This document shows, piece by piece, positions 27,560 to 32,000 of a stretch of 32,000 nucleotides of DNA (position 1 is the first letter of the stretch; every line of letters begins with the position of its first letter). This stretch comes from Mahella australiensis 50-1 BON (GTDB lineage: Bacteria; Bacillota; Clostridia; Mahellales; Mahellaceae). Under the pieces are notes generated by a model. It did not search any database, was not told where the DNA came from, and worked only from the letters and a program-made list of their open reading frames with translations. The stretch is taken from contig NC_015520.1 of the NCBI RefSeq assembly GCF_000213255.1, positions 2,317,349-2,349,348 of the forward strand, given 5' to 3'. The position numbers and the translations under genes are program-made.

Positions 27560-28327
27560 TCACATAAATACTATGTTCTCAACATGTCCGTTATAATCGA
27601 TACGATAACAAGGAACTTTTAATTTAGCCCGTATAACGCACCGATTTTTCTCAAACAGAAAAGAACCGAAGGATTTAAGCTGGCGGTTATCGCCGAAGCT
27701 TATAGGCATTCTTTCTTTTATGTATTGCATGGCTTGCCCATCAGGGCTCTCAAATGCCAATCCTCCATTGGCTATATTTTCAACATTGCACACTGTAGCC
27801 AAATCGATCATCTCGCCTGGTTCTATTTCTCTTATATCGCTGCCCGGTACATATGCCACCGGCTGTGAAAACGCTATAAATTCGCTTATACCCATATACA
27901 GCGGGTAATCGGTGCGCCCATCCCATATGAGCTCTTTCAGTTTGCTCATCACTGTCTGGTCATCATGCCAAAAATATATACGATACACAAGCATTGATTC
28001 ATTTACAGCAGGCAGGATAATATCCAGCGGCACTTGCGTCGGCCCGAAACTCCCGTTTAATTCCCTTGGACCCTTTGTGCGCACATAGTTCACCGTCTGT
28101 GTCATATGCCTTATATTGGTCTTGACCGATATTCCTATGCCGCATCTTACCGTGTCGAACAGCTCATAATACGAATCGCGCTCATAGCCGAGTACCGCTG
28201 CTATCATACCCGCCGCTGCGGTACGTGGCGGAAAGGCATAGCTCAGCGATGATGAATTTGTATAATACTTCCTAAAATGAGCCATAAGACCTTTGACGTC
28301 AAATACCAATAAACCATTTTCCGTCAC
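27560..28327 (-). CDS. cas5: CRISPR-associated protein Cas5 (type I-B)
   Basis: N-terminus LLVFDVKGLMAHFRKYYTNSS...FPPRTAAAGMIAAVLG is typical of Cas5. GTG start preceded by AAAGGAGG. Confidence 0.85.
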   Translation of the reverse strand: MTENGLLVFDVKGLMAHFRKYYTNSSSLSYAFPPRTAAAGMIAAVLGYERDSYYELFDTVRCGIGISVKTNIRHMTQTVNYVRTKGPRELNGSFGPTQVPLDIILPAVNESMLVYRIYFWHDDQTVMSKLKELIWDGRTDYPLYMGISEFIAFSQPVAYVPGSDIREIEPGEMIDLATVCNVENIANGGLAFESPDGQAMQYIKERMPISFGDNRQLKSFGSFLFEKNRCVIRAKLKVPCYRIDYNGHVENIVFM

Positions 28328-28371
28328 TGCGGCACCGCCTCCTTTCTAACATATTGCATACAGGCATAGTG

Positions 28372-29289
28372 CTACAGCTTTTCCAGCTTATCCTTGAGAT
28401 CCTCTCCAAAAAGACCGCTTATTGTGCCATCAGAGCTATCCGATACTGTAAGCTCCTCATCCTGCCACCAGTATATCCGCGCGATGCGCGAGCTGTTTGC
28501 AGATAACTTATGGGCCAAAACAGATGCCTTGAGCCGGGCTTCAGTAGTATCCCTCAGGCCATCCAGTGTTTCCAGCGACACCATATCTCTGAAATCTCCC
28601 AAGAAAGTCTGACCATCGGTGTATTCCACCCTCAAGTACAGTCGCGGATATTGACCTATCTTGCTCCTGGTCGCCTGAAGCGGTATGGCTTTGAGCATAG
28701 CCTCGTCCAACAATGCTATATCATCGTCCTTAAGCTGAGTACGCGCTGCGCGCTTTGCACTTATAATCCCCTGAAAGGCCAATAACGAATAATATACGCG
28801 ATAATCCTTGCCCATAGCACCCTGCTGATTTTCTGTCCTTGAACTAAAATGCGATGTTATACCGTTGGAATCGACAAGATTGACTTTGTTCAGAGAATAT
28901 CCCCATGTAAATTGAACGGGTCCCGTCAATGTTATGGACGAGCCGCCTCTGGCCCCTTCTTCGGCTTTTATCGGCATAGTAGCGCCGAACATGCGAACGT
29001 CTATAAGCTTGTCCAAAATGGTGGGCAAGTCTTCTATAGTAACCTTGCTCTTGCCCACCACGTTTTTCAAGCGAGCATCAGCATCTACTACTTTATCATC
29101 CTGTTTGGATACGAATATACCATAGCCTCTGTCTTCCAAATAGTCCCTTATATAGCGTTTTAGCCTTACATCGCTTACAAGGTTGCGCTGGCGTTCATAA
29201 TCCATGCGCGGGCGGTTTTCATCGTCAGGGTCACCATTCGGATTGCACATCTTGGCATCGTATATAAATAACAACTCACTATTATTCAT
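28372..29289 (-). CDS. cas7: CRISPR-associated protein Cas7 (Csh2/DevR family, type I-B)
   Basis: ELLFIYDAKMCNPNGDPDDENRPR motif. 8-nt overlap with the cas8b stop. Confidence 0.9.
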   Translation of the reverse strand: MNNSELLFIYDAKMCNPNGDPDDENRPRMDYERQRNLVSDVRLKRYIRDYLEDRGYGIFVSKQDDKVVDADARLKNVVGKSKVTIEDLPTILDKLIDVRMFGATMPIKAEEGARGGSSITLTGPVQFTWGYSLNKVNLVDSNGITSHFSSRTENQQGAMGKDYRVYYSLLAFQGIISAKRAARTQLKDDDIALLDEAMLKAIPLQATRSKIGQYPRLYLRVEYTDGQTFLGDFRDMVSLETLDGLRDTTEARLKASVLAHKLSANSSRIARIYWWQDEELTVSDSSDGTISGLFGEDLKDKLEKL

Positions 29290-31249
29290 TTATAACAACC
29301 TCCTCGTTATTGTTATTGCGTTCTTTCGCAGCTTTAATGGCTGCCAGCGTATTATATGCATAGCCTGAGAGTATATAAAACACATTTTCCTGATCCGTGA
29401 GCGGCCAGTCGGACATATATTTTTCCATGAGCATCCGGTGCTGAGCAAATATGCCTTCATTGTAGGCAAGCCTCTTATACTGCCGCAATTTCTCAAATAT
29501 CTCATCGCTCAAGCGCCATACCCGTAGCTTGGTCATACCCTGATAATTCAATTTATCCAGCACCGGCTTGCTGTCCATACCGCTGCCGCGCTGCCCATCA
29601 GCCACCTGACCTATGAGATAGCCTAGAAGAAATAGCGCCGTCTTTGGTTCGTCATAACCCATTTCTTCTATATATCCCTTTATATCTTCCCTTAAAATCA
29701 ATTTATCGCTATCCATCGAAACACCCCTTTCCAATAATTTTAGCTGCTTAAGATATTCCATAAATAGATTGGCCTGTGCCATAGCGTATACCATGGCCAT
29801 GTCGGTATCATTGGGTATGCGAACGTTGACATTTACAAAGCTCTCGAGGCGGTATATGCGCGCCAATTCTACGAATGAATCGATCAAGAATTCATATGAT
29901 ACCGGCTTGCCGCTGAATATGTCATCATAAATATCCAGCAACTTCCTATATTCTATGGAATTCCTGCCAACGTTTATGGGTATAAGGTAATATATCTTGT
30001 TTAAGTCTATTTGCCACATCGGCGACGGTCCGAATATGGCATCGCCAAAATGCCCTGTCATTTCAGAAGCGAATCGAAGCTGTGTGAATCTCGACGGCGG
30101 CACATCTTTTATAAGCTTCAATACCTTTAATTCGGCCTGATTGCGTTGGTAAAACATAAGATTGAGTATATAATTGTTTTTGTCATCCTCATACTCCATA
30201 TAGTCATCTTTAATGCGCTTCTCGAAGTCCTCTATGGACGAAGCAGTTTTTGCGCTATTGAAAGAATCGTTTATATATTTGGTCCATTCATCCAGTTGGT
30301 CGGCAGTAAAGGAGACATCGAATATAAAACTCGGTATCAGATAAAGGTTTAAGCCTCCCAATCTGGTATTGAAACGATTCTTTATATAGGCCTCCCCCTC
30401 CAGCAGTGCCATATAGCAATCCTTGCACAAGACAAAGCTTTTATCAAACCGCCCGCTTATATATGAAGAGAATCCTATTTTATCGGTATTATAATACTTA
30501 AATGTAAGCTTTGTAGTGTTGTCGGTCACTTTGTCGGCTTTGCCGCAGGCTGAGCATATGCCGTCTATAGCATCCTGATATATAACGTCTATTTTTTCCC
30601 TTTCCACGGCTTCACGGTAAGCCCTATCGTCTACTACCAGCTTGCCGTCTATCTGCAGCGTCCACAAAGCTATATCATCGCGTTTTATAGCACCTGCAGT
30701 TTTGTTTTTGATATAATCGAGCACAGCGCTGGCCAAACGATCAGGCATCTTTTTTATATCATCGCCCTTGTTGATAAGTTCTTTATATATATCCGCAGTA
30801 GTAACTCCAATGGCCTCTGCCATACCCATCTTGCCCAAATCCCACACATATCTGTACCGGCTTTTAGCACCGCTTTGGGGACCCAAATCATAATACATAT
30901 TATCCAATACGTCTTGTAAAGCGACCTTCAGCGACGTATTGTCCGGTAACTTTTTTATAAGATTCGGTATAGCCTGCCCCACGATAAATCCCAGATTGTT
31001 GGTAGTGGCATACCACTGCGGACTGGCCGAGCCATCGGCATTGCCCACCCATATATAGCGCTGCGCGGTATAGTCGTCTATTTTGACCGGTTGAAAGTTA
31101 ACCGAGGCATCTTGCGTATCTATTTTTATTATGACGAGATACTGATCTTTATCGCCTCTTTTGGCTCCCACTGGCAAAGCCAAGGCTTCCAAGAAATCCT
31201 GTCCACTGGACATGGCAACATCACCCAGCTTTTTTATAGCTTCAAGCAT
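29282..31249 (-). CDS. cas8b: Type I-B large subunit Cas8b (Csh1-like)
   Basis: About 655 aa, positioned between cas6 and cas7. Cys pairs CSACGK and CKDC. Start moved to MLEAIKKLG (ATG 31249), which overlaps the cas6 stop by 8 nt. The ORF-track extension to 31360 lies inside cas6. Confidence 0.75.
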   Translation of the reverse strand: MLEAIKKLGDVAMSSGQDFLEALALPVGAKRGDKDQYLVIIKIDTQDASVNFQPVKIDDYTAQRYIWVGNADGSASPQWYATTNNLGFIVGQAIPNLIKKLPDNTSLKVALQDVLDNMYYDLGPQSGAKSRYRYVWDLGKMGMAEAIGVTTADIYKELINKGDDIKKMPDRLASAVLDYIKNKTAGAIKRDDIALWTLQIDGKLVVDDRAYREAVEREKIDVIYQDAIDGICSACGKADKVTDNTTKLTFKYYNTDKIGFSSYISGRFDKSFVLCKDCYMALLEGEAYIKNRFNTRLGGLNLYLIPSFIFDVSFTADQLDEWTKYINDSFNSAKTASSIEDFEKRIKDDYMEYEDDKNNYILNLMFYQRNQAELKVLKLIKDVPPSRFTQLRFASEMTGHFGDAIFGPSPMWQIDLNKIYYLIPINVGRNSIEYRKLLDIYDDIFSGKPVSYEFLIDSFVELARIYRLESFVNVNVRIPNDTDMAMVYAMAQANLFMEYLKQLKLLERGVSMDSDKLILREDIKGYIEEMGYDEPKTALFLLGYLIGQVADGQRGSGMDSKPVLDKLNYQGMTKLRVWRLSDEIFEKLRQYKRLAYNEGIFAQHRMLMEKYMSDWPLTDQENVFYILSGYAYNTLAAIKAAKERNNNNEEVVINE

Positions 31250-32000
31250 TCCTCTCACCCCCTTTCTCCGTTTGTATAATATCGAAACAGCCAAACCCCA
31301 TGGAGGTTTTGCTGCCAATCCCGGAATCATATGCCACTTTGATGAGCTCGGGGCTTCCATCCAGCCAGTATATGCCCATCCAGCCCTTAATCACTGTGCC
31401 CTTATACTCGATCACCTTCATATATCTGTCGTCGATACGTCCTATCGGCCTCATGGTAAGTTTCGGTTCAGGCAGCCGTCTATTATATATGAGCTGATAC
31501 TTTCTATGCAGGCCCTGCTCTATTATCCTGGAAAAATTATCTTCCATCGGCGAATAGTAGTATGTAATGGTCCTTTCCATATTTTTGGCTGTGCTATATG
31601 CCACCACCGGGGAAAGCATCTTTACTTTAACCCTTCCATCTATATGCGGCGGCGGTATAACCTTTATGCTGCTCAGCGACAAGGGCTGCCCGGCCAGATT
31701 CAAGCGATCACTTTTCATAAAAGCCTCGGACAGGTTTTCTATGAACACCTCCATAGCCGACGATAGCGTCAGCTTAAGCGGCGGTTTGAACTCTATGACG
31801 CCCTTGTCTCTGTTCATATTGAACGCCCCTTCCAGCCTTGAGAAGGTAAACATCTTATAGCGCCTATTGTTTATATCGAAACCCTCTTCATGCAAAAAGT
31901 GTTTCAGCGCTGCATCCGATATATGGTCGTATATCAATCCCTGCAAAATGTGGTTATACTGTATTGGCAATTTAACTGGTTTATCGCTCTCAAATTCATA
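31242..32000 (-). CDS. cas6: CRISPR repeat endoribonuclease Cas6; 5' end runs off the window
   Basis: The frame stays open upstream of the track start (rc of 31971-32000 reads YEFESDKPVK). LPIQYNHILQGLIY and the C-terminal Gly-rich loop GIGSKTSMGFGCF are Cas6 hallmarks. Confidence 0.85.
   Translation of the reverse strand, partial: YEFESDKPVKLPIQYNHILQGLIYDHISDAALKHFLHEEGFDINNRRYKMFTFSRLEGAFNMNRDKGVIEFKPPLKLTLSSAMEVFIENLSEAFMKSDRLNLAGQPLSLSSIKVIPPPHIDGRVKVKMLSPVVAYSTAKNMERTITYYYSPMEDNFSRIIEQGLHRKYQLIYNRRLPEPKLTMRPIGRIDDRYMKVIEYKGTVIKGWMGIYWLDGSPELIKVAYDSGIGSKTSMGFGCFDIIQTEKGGERNA

Noticed and set aside
15210-32000. Alternative subtype assignments (I-A, I-C, III) for the cas locus
   Set aside because: The gene set cas6-cas8b-cas7-cas5-cas3(HD fused)-cas4-cas1-cas2 and the repeat family ending in ATTGAAAC fit I-B. 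There are no cas10/csm/cmr genes, no split cas3'/cas3'', and cas6 is present (I-C lacks it).

Overview
Moderately AT-rich window that looks like an anaerobic Firmicutes/Clostridia chromosome; the taxon is inferred from gene content such as HydF and OpuB/C-type and NatAB-like transporters. The left ~15 kb is ordinary housekeeping. It holds an OpuB/OpuC-type osmoprotectant ABC operon (minus strand), a MazG-like ORF, a MarR plus asymmetric heterodimeric ABC exporter operon, a GH31 glycosidase, a NatAB-like ABC-2 exporter, the [FeFe]-hydrogenase maturase HydF, a three-gene DUF2089/SHOCT-like operon and a Cof-type HAD phosphatase. The right ~17 kb is a complete type I-B CRISPR-Cas locus on the minus strand with an unusual layout. 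The order is cas6-cas8b-cas7-cas5-cas3, then a short leader-like region, then a large array (83 identical 30-nt repeats and 82 spacers by hand count, 19344-24868), then an IS110-family element, then cas4-cas1-cas2. The array and the IS therefore sit between the interference and adaptation modules. The IS110 transposase is split into two frames. It is preceded by ~350 nt of non-coding, hairpin-rich sequence, which is where IS110-group elements encode their bridge (seek) RNA. The array also carries internal rearrangements: duplicated spacer blocks and a partial duplication of the repeat 3' end. I found no clearly new protein-coding system. The most interesting items are the IS110/candidate bridge RNA inside the CRISPR locus, the split cas architecture, and the uncharacterised DUF2089/SHOCT operon. 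All calls come from reading the sequence and ORF track by eye; no database search was run.
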